IMG/VR virus record: IMGVR_UViG_3300043449_000801
Span: 1 to 58,493 of that record
Direction: 5' to 3' (one strand)
From: a virus
Taxonomy: Duplodnaviria > Caudoviricetes
Length of the DNA: 58,493 nt
The notes under the pieces were generated by a model. It was not told the origin of the DNA and ran no database searches. It saw only the letters and a program-made list of their open reading frames with translations. Position 1 is the first letter of the stretch. Each line of letters starts with the position of its first letter. Positions 21,206 to 31,456 of the stretch are shown here, in pieces. A program made the translations under genes and the position numbers.

Positions 21206-21937
21206 TTAAGGAGAACTTTTAAATACTGATGACGATACTTCAAACAACTCAACCTCTGACCCTTCAAATATAGAAAGTTCTACTTGCATGTAGTAACCTC
21301 TAAGACCAAAAGATTCAGCTAAGTTGTTTTTTATGTATACGATATAATCACCCAATGCTGGAGACGCAACTAGAGAAAATGTCACAGATGTATCTGTGTT
21401 ACTAATTACTGTACCAATTAGTGTGAGTGAGTTTATGTTAATATCGTATACATATAGAGAATCTCCTGCACTAATATTACTATCAACATTTGCTAGTTCT
21501 ATAGTGTTAGGAGGAGTAAGACCAAGTACTTGACCAAGTCCTTGTGTGTACAATTCGTGTGAGTCGTTTGTACCAGCAACGCTTCTAATGTAAGACATCC
21601 ATGAGCCTTCTTTCTCAAGGAAATAAGTAGAGTCGTTGTATCCATTGCTTAGGTCAGTATTAAACGTAGCACTCCAAGGATGTGTACTCTCTAGCTCAAG
21701 TGTCTTAAACATCTTATTCTGAGTAGGTTCTTGGTTGAATACTGTTGTTATAACCGATGGGTAACTAACACCATAAAAACTGTTGCGACTACTGTTTGAG
21801 TCATGCTTGTATAATTGACCCTGCTTCCATGTATAAAATGAACTATTTAATCCTAACATCCAATCTGGATTGTAACTCCAAAAAGAAGTCCAACCGTTAG
21901 ATGATGGAGAAAACGTTATTGTATTAGGATTTGGCAT
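21206..21937 (-). CDS. Tail protein; resembles the C-terminal part of a nozzle/stabilization protein
   Basis: TITFS...GWTSFWSY.PD, KMFKTLELE, GLRGYY motifs. Confidence 0.6.
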   Translation of the reverse strand: MPNPNTITFSPSSNGWTSFWSYNPDWMLGLNSSFYTWKQGQLYKHDSNSSRNSFYGVSYPSVITTVFNQEPTQNKMFKTLELESTHPWSATFNTDLSNGYNDSTYFLEKEGSWMSYIRSVAGTNDSHELYTQGLGQVLGLTPPNTIELANVDSNISAGDSLYVYDININSLTLIGTVISNTDTSVTFSLVASPALGDYIVYIKNNLAESFGLRGYYMQVELSIFEGSEVELFEVSSSVFKSSP

Positions 21938-21941
21938 AGTA

Positions 21942-21949
21942 CAAAGGTA
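21942..21949 (-). promoter_or_regulatory. Bacteroidota -7 promoter element TACCTTTG, 4 nt before ATG
   Basis: Matches TAnnTTTG; intergenic. Confidence 0.65.
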
Positions 21950-21955
21950 GTAAAT

Positions 21956-22870
21956 TTATACCAAACAACTATTGACAGACTTCATTGCTTGGTAGTACAT
22001 GTATGAACATCTACTCTTGTCTATGTCCAATGTTTCCTTGAATGGAAACTTATCTATGTATGCAGCTTTGAAGAACATTCCTTGACTCGCATTAGGTACT
22101 CCGGCATTATGGAAGAAGTGTACATAGTCCCACCTCTCAGATGGACATGTGGCCCAACAGAAGTCAAACTCCCTTGGCACAACAATCTCGTGTCCCCTTC
22201 TCCACGCTACCCATAATTCTGCCCACATACTTGCAGTCCAACATTGGATGCCATACGGATCACCTTCCTTCTTTAGATGGCTCACACTTCTTAGGTATGT
22301 GTATATGTCTCTGCATCCTTTATAGACCTCTGCCCAATAAGATGCATCAATATTCTTCATCAGCTTCTGTGCGCCACCAGAGTTTTCTTGGTTAGCCTCA
22401 ACTACTGAACGCTCTATGCCTATTATTTGACACATGCCGTCAAGTATAGACTCATCCTTGCTCTTGATGTAGTTGGCTCCAATATAGCTGATAGTATCAC
22501 TGAAGTACCACTTATCGTCATTTAGGAAAGGAGTAAAGTCGAAGTACCTAGTAAACAAGAAGTCACAGTCGTGGAAAAATACAGAGCAGTCTTTAAGGTA
22601 TGTGTGTTGCTTGAAGTGCTTCTCTAGTATATGTGCCTGTATTGCAGGAGGATAGTCGCACTCTCCCATTGTGTCTTGGTATATGTATATACCTACGTCA
22701 GGGAAGTTTTCCTTTAGCTTGTACCACGAATCAGGAATCTCTTCTAGGTATCCTGCCACTACGTGTATGTCCTCTTCCTTATATCCTAATGATATGAAGT
22801 TGTGAAGGTAGACCTCAACCTGCCAAGCGTAATAGTCTATTGCAGGTTGAGCTGAAATTAATTTTAGCAT
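21956..22870 (-). CDS. Putative glycosyltransferase resembling peptidyl O-glycosyltransferases (GT95 HPAT / GT96 SERGT1-like)
   Basis: YYAWQ, DYPP, DxD (HDCDF), WTASMWA and late FFH motifs in the expected order. Confidence 0.65.
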   Translation of the reverse strand: MLKLISAQPAIDYYAWQVEVYLHNFISLGYKEEDIHVVAGYLEEIPDSWYKLKENFPDVGIYIYQDTMGECDYPPAIQAHILEKHFKQHTYLKDCSVFFHDCDFLFTRYFDFTPFLNDDKWYFSDTISYIGANYIKSKDESILDGMCQIIGIERSVVEANQENSGGAQKLMKNIDASYWAEVYKGCRDIYTYLRSVSHLKKEGDPYGIQCWTASMWAELWVAWRRGHEIVVPREFDFCWATCPSERWDYVHFFHNAGVPNASQGMFFKAAYIDKFPFKETLDIDKSRCSYMYYQAMKSVNSCLV

Positions 22871-25740
22871 GTTATTGAATTACCGGTCCAATCGTTACCA
22901 TCCCACTCGTAAGCAACAAAGGTATTAATTTGCCGGTAATATGCAGCATCTGCAAGTATATAATTTCCAAGATATAGTTGATACAACTTATTTCCTATTA
23001 CACCTAGTGCTCCGTCTGCAAATCTTTGAACTACAACATCAGTACATACAGATGATACCGAGCCTTTTCTTGCATATATTGTAGTTAATGGAGGAAGTGT
23101 AGTAGTTGTGGTTGTGCTTGTAGTTGTACTTGTAGTTGTGCTTGTAGTTGTTGTAGTTGTTGTAGTGGTCGTAATACCTGTACAATCAAAACAACTAGCA
23201 TAAGTAAACAATACCATTGGTACAGCTGGTGCAAATGAACCTATATTAACTATAGTATAGCAGTTACCATCGTCACACTTAACTACTGTAGTATTTGGTA
23301 TTATACTAAATGATTGTTGTGCAATTGTAGTAAGACCCATACCTCCACATATTCTTGCTAAATAGTAATTAGTAGGAACAGTTGTAGTTGTGGTTGTAGT
23401 TGTAGTTGAACAAATAACAAAGTCTAATACCTGTCCTGTAGATGATATTTGGATAGACCAATCTCCACCCATTGTGGGTACATTGTACCAATATCCATTA
23501 CCTACTACAGGTACAGTTCCAAGTGAATCTGAATAAACAAAATCATTTATAGTTGGTAATGCTGATACCCCATTGTGATAGAACACTGTATATGGTCCTC
23601 CTGTGTTACTACACGCATCGTATGCTGATGCATATTGGGTAGGATCCATATTAAATGACGTGTATACAGGTGCTGTAGTAGTGGTTGTCGTAGTTGTTGT
23701 AGTAGTTATACCAAGACAGTCATTACAGTCAATATATAAGTTAACTGGATTCTCTATTGTTTGATATGGGAACGATGCTGTTGTAACGCCTGTTATTTCC
23801 CAACAGTTACCATCAGTAGTCTTAACATAATCACCTACAACTATTCCAAATGTGGTTGAGTCAAAAAGAACGGCTGTTACTGTTGGGTCAGTACATAGCG
23901 TTGCATCAAACCAATCTCCTGTTGGAAGGGTAGTTGTCGTAGTAGTTGTGGTAGTAGACGTAGTTGTTGTTGTGACCGTAGGACACTCGTTCTTTTCACA
24001 TACGTTACCTGTCTCACATATCTTAATAGAGTATGTAGAGTGGTCGATGTGATACCACTGACCTCCTCCCATAAATTTGGTCTGAGCAGTAGCGTCTGTG
24101 TATATAGTGTCATTTACATCTGGAACTCTTCCTTGTCCATTGTGATACAACAAACTATAGATTGGTGACACAGCACATGCAGCGTCTCCGGTATCTCCAA
24201 AGTTTTCTACATCAATAGCAAAAGGTGTTAACTTAATACCTGTTTGTATGACGATATTTATATCTTTCGTGGCACTAGGCCCAGAGCAGTTTGAAGCTCT
24301 TAATGTTAACGGGAAAGTACATGACTCTTCAGGAATACCTGTAATATTTCCTGTGTCAGCAGAGAATGTTAGACCTTTAGGTAATAAGAACTCAGGACAT
24401 ATTTTGTCAAAAAGAGTACTTATACCATCTCCAACTACAACTACTGGATCTCCACTTGTTGAACAAACATACACAGGTATATTATCTACTCCTACCGTTA
24501 TGTTTTGTGAATTTCCATAACAATCTGTATAGGTATACAATGTGCCTCTTGTTCCTCCTGTTAACTCATATGTTTCGCACGTTGTAATCAACTGCCAATT
24601 AGTAGGATTTCCAGATGCTTGTAAATATATATTAATTGACTCACCTTCAGTTAGATATATGTCATCTTGATAAATGAATGGAACAGCTGCTTCATTGCAG
24701 TCACACGGTCCGTGTAAAGTAACCAATCCACTTTCATTAACAAATGTGTATATTCCACCACTTACTGGTGGAGATACCATTACTGTATCGCTTACTATAT
24801 GATAAGCATTTTCACCATTATATAGTGTGGATCCGATTGAATCTGTATATATAGTATCACCAGTTACAGGATATGTACCAGAGCCATTATGCCAATATTG
24901 AGTTGTTGCTGTTTGAGAACATGCTGCAGACACGTCTGCACCAGGCGTTGTATCAATATAAAATGTTTTTAGATATGTATTTACTTGATTTAATACATAA
25001 GATGCCACAGATAATGGCGCATATACTGTAAGCACAGCCTTTGGTTCTTCTATTATTTTTTTGAATAATAATGAACCTGTGCCGTTGTCTACTAATCCAT
25101 CATAAGGAAATACTAGATTAATTTCGTCTTGACTTATACCTGCTGCAAGTAATGAAGACACATTTCCAAGACTATTTAATCCTATGTATCCAGTGTCAAA
25201 TATTGTCTCATTATTATACTCAAGTACATATCTACATGGTCTAGCTAATGTTTGATAGTCAACACCTGAAATACCTCTTCTAGTACCATAGTCAATGCTG
25301 ATATACCTTGTAGATGGGTCACCTGTATAAGATGCTATACCGGAATTTAGATTGTCTTGATAATCCCATATTAGATACAGGTTGTCGTAGTCATTTGGAT
25401 TACTAAATACGAACGACCCTTCATACCTTCCTCCAACTAGTGCTACAGGAACGGCTGTAGCCAATGATATCATTAGGTCTTTCTGAGTGCTGTCATATAC
25501 TTCATTAGTAACTAAGTAATACAGCTTGTTATTCAATGAAGGCTCAAAGTTTTTCAATGAAGGATCAGCGTTAATTAACCCCGTATATGCAGTAACAGTA
25601 GCCCCATCATAAGGCATGAAGTCAATTCCTCCAATACCTGTTAATGAATCAAATAAAGCTACTTGTGACGGACCAAGCTCGATATTGTTTATATCGAAAT
25701 TTGAGCTTCCTGTATATGAAAAACCTTGATTAGTAAACAT
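22864..25740 (-). CDS. Virion surface/tail appendage protein with an Ig-like domain, Cys-rich repeats and four poly-Thr tracts
   Basis: LPKGLTFSADTGNITGIP (He_PIG-like), three HNG..P...D..Y.D repeats, Thr runs; located in the tail cluster. Confidence 0.7.
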   Translation of the reverse strand: MFTNQGFSYTGSSNFDINNIELGPSQVALFDSLTGIGGIDFMPYDGATVTAYTGLINADPSLKNFEPSLNNKLYYLVTNEVYDSTQKDLMISLATAVPVALVGGRYEGSFVFSNPNDYDNLYLIWDYQDNLNSGIASYTGDPSTRYISIDYGTRRGISGVDYQTLARPCRYVLEYNNETIFDTGYIGLNSLGNVSSLLAAGISQDEINLVFPYDGLVDNGTGSLLFKKIIEEPKAVLTVYAPLSVASYVLNQVNTYLKTFYIDTTPGADVSAACSQTATTQYWHNGSGTYPVTGDTIYTDSIGSTLYNGENAYHIVSDTVMVSPPVSGGIYTFVNESGLVTLHGPCDCNEAAVPFIYQDDIYLTEGESINIYLQASGNPTNWQLITTCETYELTGGTRGTLYTYTDCYGNSQNITVGVDNIPVYVCSTSGDPVVVVGDGISTLFDKICPEFLLPKGLTFSADTGNITGIPEESCTFPLTLRASNCSGPSATKDINIVIQTGIKLTPFAIDVENFGDTGDAACAVSPIYSLLYHNGQGRVPDVNDTIYTDATAQTKFMGGGQWYHIDHSTYSIKICETGNVCEKNECPTVTTTTTSTTTTTTTTTLPTGDWFDATLCTDPTVTAVLFDSTTFGIVVGDYVKTTDGNCWEITGVTTASFPYQTIENPVNLYIDCNDCLGITTTTTTTTTTTAPVYTSFNMDPTQYASAYDACSNTGGPYTVFYHNGVSALPTINDFVYSDSLGTVPVVGNGYWYNVPTMGGDWSIQISSTGQVLDFVICSTTTTTTTTTVPTNYYLARICGGMGLTTIAQQSFSIIPNTTVVKCDDGNCYTIVNIGSFAPAVPMVLFTYASCFDCTGITTTTTTTTTTSTTTSTTTSTTTTTTLPPLTTIYARKGSVSSVCTDVVVQRFADGALGVIGNKLYQLYLGNYILADAAYYRQINTFVAYEWDGNDWTGNSITC
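23098..23980 (-). repeat. Four poly-Thr coding tracts (approx. 23098-23172, 23381-23407, 23674-23707, 23930-23980)
   Basis: Runs of ACN codons with mixed third positions. Confidence 0.9.
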
Positions 25741-25741
25741 A

Positions 25742-28700
25742 TTAATTATTAATTTTTGGTGGAGGGTCGTGATTGACTACTACATTCAAAACAATAGGCT
25801 TAGAACGCCCTTGAATTAAAGTAAAGTAAACCATTTTATCACAATATGAAACTCTGAATATTATAGACCTAACAGCACCTGAATTATTTACCGCTACGTC
25901 TGCAAATATATCTGATGATTGGTATCCTGATGTTTGAAATCCTGTAACCCAGTTAGTTCCAAATCCATTATCAACTAATGCTAGTGACCAATTGACATCT
26001 GTGATGATTGTGAAGAGATTAATATTATTTCCACCAAATTTACCAACAGACCATTGGTTTCTGCTTAATGCAAGAGTGCATCCTAGAATTGTTATACTAT
26101 TGTTTGATAAAGTATACAATTGATTGTTAGGATCGTATGCGCCAAGTTTTTGTGTATTTGGATAATCTCTCAACAAGTCAATAAAATAATCCTTCATTCC
26201 TGTATCAGATATTTCTACTACTTGATTATCTGATAGCGCAAGTACTACACCTCTTCTAGCATCCGTAAAGAATGACTCAGATCCCCATGTAGCAAACGAC
26301 TCAGGATTCTTACTTATTCCGTACTCATGAGGGAACATTACTTGATTGCCTAATACTTGTGGAATAGAAGCAATAGATCCACCTCCTGAAGCGTCTGATA
26401 GGATATTCTTTTCATAAAGAACCACACTTATTTTATCCTCTTGAAGAACAAGGATATCAGACTCTCTAGCATAAAGCTTTTGAATGGACCCATATTCACC
26501 ATCTAAGTACTTGAAGTTAGCTGTAGATAGATTGAACTCGTTTAACCTATTTACTCCTGTATTCTCTCCCAATATGCTACTATAACAAATAGCATTCTTG
26601 CTTACTTTTCTTCCGTAGCTATCAACAATTGCTGATGTTCTAGGGCTATACTCCAAAGTAAATCCATTCCAGTCATCCCTTATCCTATTTGTTTCAAGAC
26701 CATTAGCGTAAGCCCATGCATTGAAGTCAGAGTTAACCGTAGCTCTAGGATTATTAAGAACTACCTTTGCTCCTAATAAAGATGTTTGATTTTGCTCAAA
26801 TGCATCATATCCTGCTGTACCGGCATACGGAGTTGTGTATGCAGGCATTATATAGTCAACAATTACATTGTATGGGTCTGGAGTACTTATTATCTCATAG
26901 TATCCATTCGGTAAGTTTGGATTACTTGACTTTACATATATGCTCTCACCAACAACATACTTATGCATTTGATCAGTAGTAGGTGTTGAACCAGGTACTA
27001 ACTGACCTAAGTTCGTTTTACCAACTAATGTTGATGGACCAGATGGGACTATTGTAGCATCAGCGAATGACCATAGAACAGTATGTAGATTGTTTCGTAT
27101 AGGAAATGTTCTGCTTAGTTCATGGTATATGTTCAAGTCATCCTCTTCTGGAACTGTCTCTGCAATCAATGAATTGTCAAAACGTTTCACTGTAATAGAT
27201 GCCGACATTCTGTTAAAACCTTCTCCTTGTGAAGTATATGGAATAATACTACCCCTAATCAACATGTACATTGGATTAGTAACTATGTTCGAATAATTTC
27301 CGAATATAGGACCAGTATTTATTGTTGTATATACTACATCTATAAAGTTATTTAATTGTTGTCCTTGATAAAAAGTACTAACATTTACATTTTGTGATAA
27401 AGTATTAAAGTTAGATCCCCTCCTAAATGATACAGCTGTTTTATTTAATTGTACTCCTGCTGCATCTGTGTATGAAAAGTTCAAATAAGTTCCAGATTCA
27501 ACAAACCATTCTTCAATGTTTTCATATGTTCCATTGCTGTAAAATGTTTGTATATAATCTGATGCACTTGGATTTAATAATTCATTTATTTTTATTTCAA
27601 TAATGTCACCAGGAAATATTTCAGTGTCATTATATATACTAACCGCCAATGGACATATTGGCGCACCACTTTGATGTGGTTGATTTGGAACAAAATAATT
27701 ATAATTTATATTCCCTCTTAAATTTATTTTCCAAACATCACCTATTGATGGTTGTTGATTCCATACAATCCAAACACCTAATGAATTATTTTGACTAAAT
27801 ACAGTTCCAGCAGAAGTAACATTAATCCAATATGGAGTATTTATTGAAATATTACTTGTTGTCCATGAACCACTTAAATCAACTGCTGTTGTCCATCTAA
27901 ACTGAGTATTGCTTATTACTTGTACTGTAACTCTATAGCTACTATTTGCATTATACTTATTTGGAGATATAGTTGGATTTGTTGGTGGTGATGAAAGTGC
28001 TAATGCTGTTGGATTTGATTCCCCATAATATATAGGATTTTCAGCATATTTTATAGTTTGATTTCCTACAGATGTAAATTGTGTTGTTGGTGTATATGAA
28101 GCTCCATAAGATTCTGTATAGTAAGTAGTTAATCCTAATGTGTTGTTTAATTCGTATGCAGAATCAACTTTTATCTTAAAGTAAAGTCCTGCTTGCGCTC
28201 CATTGATAAAGTTTGTAGGTTGAGATTTTAATTCTAATACCTTATACTTTTTATTTACAAATGTTGGCCCTGTAGCAGTACACTTAAAAATAATATACCC
28301 TCCCACAGGAATTTTATCTTTATCAGATTCATGTATTAAGAAATACCTAAACTGATCTTTAAGATAAAAGTATATAGGGAATATATTATAATAACTTCCC
28401 TTTCCTTGCTTGATAACTAACCTATAGTTAGTTGCCCACTGAGGAGGTCTATTTGCTATGTTTACGGTTAAACTATTCCCCTTGTTTGACTGAGTAGGAG
28501 GTATGTATACAGTACTCGCATTATTTAGATTGTCAGGAGCTAATACAGTAGTTGTTCTTCCGTAGTCATCTAGGTATTGGATACCTATTTGGTAATCTCT
28601 GTCAGATCTAAATGTTTGTATTGGCGCACCTTCATCAAGTATGTCAAAAGACTTGTACTTGACAGATAATACAATCTTCTCAAACACATCATAAAACTGA

Positions 28701-29752
28701 GTGTAGTTACCATACATTATTCTATTACCAACATAATCCTGTGCCTTAGCTAACAATGGAACATTGTCAAAAAGCCTAGTTAGTTGCTCAGGAGATAAAA
28801 CAGTATATGTTTTATCATTACTGAACTTGTATTCGGTATATATGTTGTCAGATATGTTTGAGTTTTGTTTATTTATAGTGTCAACTACAAAGGTATTTAA
28901 GCTACGAGCATCACGCATGATTATCTGTATCTCCTTCACAAACTCATTACCTGTAAACATAGTAATGTATGCAAGGTTATACCTATTGAGCATGGCCTTA
29001 TTAAACCCTGCATTGTAGTCAACCAAGTAATCTTTTGCTTGAAATGCTACAGCAGAGAATGGAGATAACGAACTATATTGATTATCAACATACTTATACC
29101 TATAAGAAAAGTATAAGAACCTATCCTCCATGTTGTTTGCTTGGTCAACCAAGTTAGGATCTTCTGTATTCTCAAAGCGTAGCTTTGGAGCATTCAATGG
29201 AGGAGCCATAATAACATTAATGTCTTGGTCAATGCGTGGATCATCAACTGCATACCCACCATTACCATTAACATCTGCTTTTACTCTTGATATGTTTATC
29301 TTTCTTGGTGGATTATAGTTATCAGTCCAATAAAGAAAACCATTTACATAGTTGATTCCAGTAACAATAAACTCCCTATTGAAATTAAGCTTACTAATAC
29401 TTGAAGGAGTAGCTTTGTTAGACTGTAATACCCTAACTATGTTTCCAGATATTTCATTGTATTCGTAAATACCATCAAATTCATCAGCAGTAACAAGCCA
29501 ATAGATAAGATTATCCTTCTCACTTGCTACAGCACCGATAGTCCTAGCGTTTGTTAAATTCCTATTAGTGACATTCGCAAGGTTACCAATTAAGATGTTA
29601 CCCTTCTGATTTTTTACAGCACCAATATTTCCTGAGTCAGCACTATCAACACTTACGTTTTCAGCATGTCTATATACTCCTTCAGGTATAAGCCTCTCAT
29701 CGAGGTCTTTATTCATGATACCTGTTACAAATGTATTTTTTACTTCAGGCAT
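25742..29752 (-). CDS. Tail nozzle/stabilization protein (P22 gp10 / crAss-like)
   Basis: N-terminal F..GIMNKDLDERL..G.YR.A.NV; LYWTDNYNPPRKIN; C-terminal GSIQKL, YGISKNPESFA, FFTD.RRG. Confidence 0.75.
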   Translation of the reverse strand: MPEVKNTFVTGIMNKDLDERLIPEGVYRHAENVSVDSADSGNIGAVKNQKGNILIGNLANVTNRNLTNARTIGAVASEKDNLIYWLVTADEFDGIYEYNEISGNIVRVLQSNKATPSSISKLNFNREFIVTGINYVNGFLYWTDNYNPPRKINISRVKADVNGNGGYAVDDPRIDQDINVIMAPPLNAPKLRFENTEDPNLVDQANNMEDRFLYFSYRYKYVDNQYSSLSPFSAVAFQAKDYLVDYNAGFNKAMLNRYNLAYITMFTGNEFVKEIQIIMRDARSLNTFVVDTINKQNSNISDNIYTEYKFSNDKTYTVLSPEQLTRLFDNVPLLAKAQDYVGNRIMYGNYTQFYDVFEKIVLSVKYKSFDILDEGAPIQTFRSDRDYQIGIQYLDDYGRTTTVLAPDNLNNASTVYIPPTQSNKGNSLTVNIANRPPQWATNYRLVIKQGKGSYYNIFPIYFYLKDQFRYFLIHESDKDKIPVGGYIIFKCTATGPTFVNKKYKVLELKSQPTNFINGAQAGLYFKIKVDSAYELNNTLGLTTYYTESYGASYTPTTQFTSVGNQTIKYAENPIYYGESNPTALALSSPPTNPTISPNKYNANSSYRVTVQVISNTQFRWTTAVDLSGSWTTSNISINTPYWINVTSAGTVFSQNNSLGVWIVWNQQPSIGDVWKINLRGNINYNYFVPNQPHQSGAPICPLAVSIYNDTEIFPGDIIEIKINELLNPSASDYIQTFYSNGTYENIEEWFVESGTYLNFSYTDAAGVQLNKTAVSFRRGSNFNTLSQNVNVSTFYQGQQLNNFIDVVYTTINTGPIFGNYSNIVTNPMYMLIRGSIIPYTSQGEGFNRMSASITVKRFDNSLIAETVPEEDDLNIYHELSRTFPIRNNLHTVLWSFADATIVPSGPSTLVGKTNLGQLVPGSTPTTDQMHKYVVGESIYVKSSNPNLPNGYYEIISTPDPYNVIVDYIMPAYTTPYAGTAGYDAFEQNQTSLLGAKVVLNNPRATVNSDFNAWAYANGLETNRIRDDWNGFTLEYSPRTSAIVDSYGRKVSKNAICYSSILGENTGVNRLNEFNLSTANFKYLDGEYGSIQKLYARESDILVLQEDKISVVLYEKNILSDASGGGSIASIPQVLGNQVMFPHEYGISKNPESFATWGSESFFTDARRGVVLALSDNQVVEISDTGMKDYFIDLLRDYPNTQKLGAYDPNNQLYTLSNNSITILGCTLALSRNQWSVGKFGGNNINLFTIITDVNWSLALVDNGFGTNWVTGFQTSGYQSSDIFADVAVNNSGAVRSIIFRVSYCDKMVYFTLIQGRSKPIVLNVVVNHDPPPKINN

Positions 29753-29754
29753 GG

Positions 29755-30657
29755 TTACTTAATTTGTTTACCTTGACCACGAAGAGTCATTAGTAATCTA
29801 GATGGATGTAAGTTACTTAGTCTAAGCTTTGCATTTCGTAGCTCGGCATGTTTCTCATCCCTTGCCATTTTTCTTTCGTACATTGGAACACCTAACTTAG
29901 CGTTAAGCAAACACCATTTAACGTATCTATACACAAACTCTTCAGCAAATTTATGCACTACAATCTCTGATTCATTTCCGTTTGCCATTCCATCGGAAAT
30001 GTACTCAAGAACAATTGTCTGATCTGATACACCAGATGAGAAGTCAATCACTCCATTGTTAATTCTGAAGTGTGGTCCGGCAGAAAGAGTTGATGGATCT
30101 ACCATAAACTTAGCCCCTACTTCATAACCAAAACACCAAAGGCCGTCTACACACCAACCATAACATCCGTTGTATAGACCTGGGCCTTCGTATAGTGTTT
30201 GATTTATTCTATCTAGGTCTAATCTTGAGGTTCCTACCAATACCTCTCCGTTGTTGTCGAATAAGATATTGTTGTTGTTATCTTGTAGATATCCAAGTGC
30301 GCTATTAGCTTGTCTATTTTCATACAGTGGACGAAGCACACCATTAATCAAAATGGATATACGAACATAATTAACGTAGTCTGAAGGAAGGATAAACTTA
30401 AGGTTGCTACCAACGTTCATCTCGATGGTCTTAATCGCTCTAAGCGCATCGTAATGAAGCATCTTTATTCCTTGCTTTGCGTGGAATATAACCTCATAAC
30501 GTTTGACGTTATTAACTAGCTTATCGTTTCCGACATACATTGCCATAAAATTATTCACTATATCAGCTAAAGATACATACTGATATGACCCCCAGTTTTG
30601 GTCTTCTGGAACTACACCGTTATTGGTATAGTACTGATATGGAGTAATATATGGCAT
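29755..30657 (-). CDS. Tail ring/adaptor structural protein
   Basis: LPSDYVNYVRI, LEYISDG, AKLRLSN; between capsid and nozzle genes. Confidence 0.6.
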   Translation of the reverse strand: MPYITPYQYYTNNGVVPEDQNWGSYQYVSLADIVNNFMAMYVGNDKLVNNVKRYEVIFHAKQGIKMLHYDALRAIKTIEMNVGSNLKFILPSDYVNYVRISILINGVLRPLYENRQANSALGYLQDNNNNILFDNNGEVLVGTSRLDLDRINQTLYEGPGLYNGCYGWCVDGLWCFGYEVGAKFMVDPSTLSAGPHFRINNGVIDFSSGVSDQTIVLEYISDGMANGNESEIVVHKFAEEFVYRYVKWCLLNAKLGVPMYERKMARDEKHAELRNAKLRLSNLHPSRLLMTLRGQGKQIK

Positions 30658-30660
30658 TTA

Positions 30661-31392
30661 TTATGTTTTTTGTTGGCTATTTAACAATTCATTTGCTGTT
30701 GCTGCTTGAACAACTTCAGCCTCTCCAATTGATATTCCTGCGTATCCTAATATTTTTAGAACTAGGTCTGTCTCATATTTCAATGGTAGTTCGAAGTCTT
30801 GGTAGTCCACTGCTGATGGATCAAAGAAAGGGACACCATTGGTGAATGACTGCCATGTCCATTTAGGATCAAGTGGATACCTAATGTATTGAGCTGTAAC
30901 TATACCTGTTCCAGAGATAACATCTGGATACACTTGTATTTCATTAGAGGAATTAGTGTATATGGGATATGTTGTAGATGGCTGTGTAAAGCCTGACAAC
31001 AATACGTTGTTTATTTTTGAGTGAGATATTTTCTCTATCTCATTAATATTGTCATACAATACCTTATCGAGATAGTAGCAGTCTGCGGGAATCTCGTATT
31101 TAAGTGTGATGTTGTTGTAGGTAAGTATACCGTATGTAGAGAATATGTCGATTGCTTCTTCTACTTGTTTTGCTATATCAGTATATCCTGCGTTGTGTAC
31201 CCTATCATCATATACGCTTCCATTATATCTGTTATTTTGTTTATTAACAGCCTTACTATACATGTAGAACATATTCTCAAATATCTCTAGCTGTGCTTGC
31301 TTTGCGTATAGATTAAACTCCATTGGAGTTATGTACCCACGATTATCTTTGCTAATAATTGAAAGGACTGTATTTCGTACACTATTAATCAT
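30661..31392 (-). CDS. Head-tail adaptor/tail tubular protein
   Basis: GYITPMEFN.YA..AQLE, YIRYP..PKW; synteny. Confidence 0.6.
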   Translation of the reverse strand: MINSVRNTVLSIISKDNRGYITPMEFNLYAKQAQLEIFENMFYMYSKAVNKQNNRYNGSVYDDRVHNAGYTDIAKQVEEAIDIFSTYGILTYNNITLKYEIPADCYYLDKVLYDNINEIEKISHSKINNVLLSGFTQPSTTYPIYTNSSNEIQVYPDVISGTGIVTAQYIRYPLDPKWTWQSFTNGVPFFDPSAVDYQDFELPLKYETDLVLKILGYAGISIGEAEVVQAATANELLNSQQKT

Positions 31393-31396
31393 AGTA

Positions 31397-31404
31397 CAAA
31401 GATA
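31397..31404 (-). promoter_or_regulatory. -7 promoter element TATCTTTG, 4 nt before ATG
   Basis: TAnnTTTG immediately after a terminator. Confidence 0.65.
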
Positions 31405-31406
31405 AT

Positions 31407-31433
31407 AAAAAAGGCACTAACAAATAGTGCCTT
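31407..31433 (-). terminator. Rho-independent terminator
   Basis: AAGGCACTA/TAGTGCCTT stem with a T-run on the minus strand. Confidence 0.8.
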
Positions 31434-31456
31434 CTTCATGTGTTAAGTACAAGGTG

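Noticed and set aside
23098-23980. Thr tracts as CRISPR arrays, microsatellites or DGR targets
   Set aside because: No repeat-spacer structure, mixed codons, and no reverse transcriptase or template repeat seen
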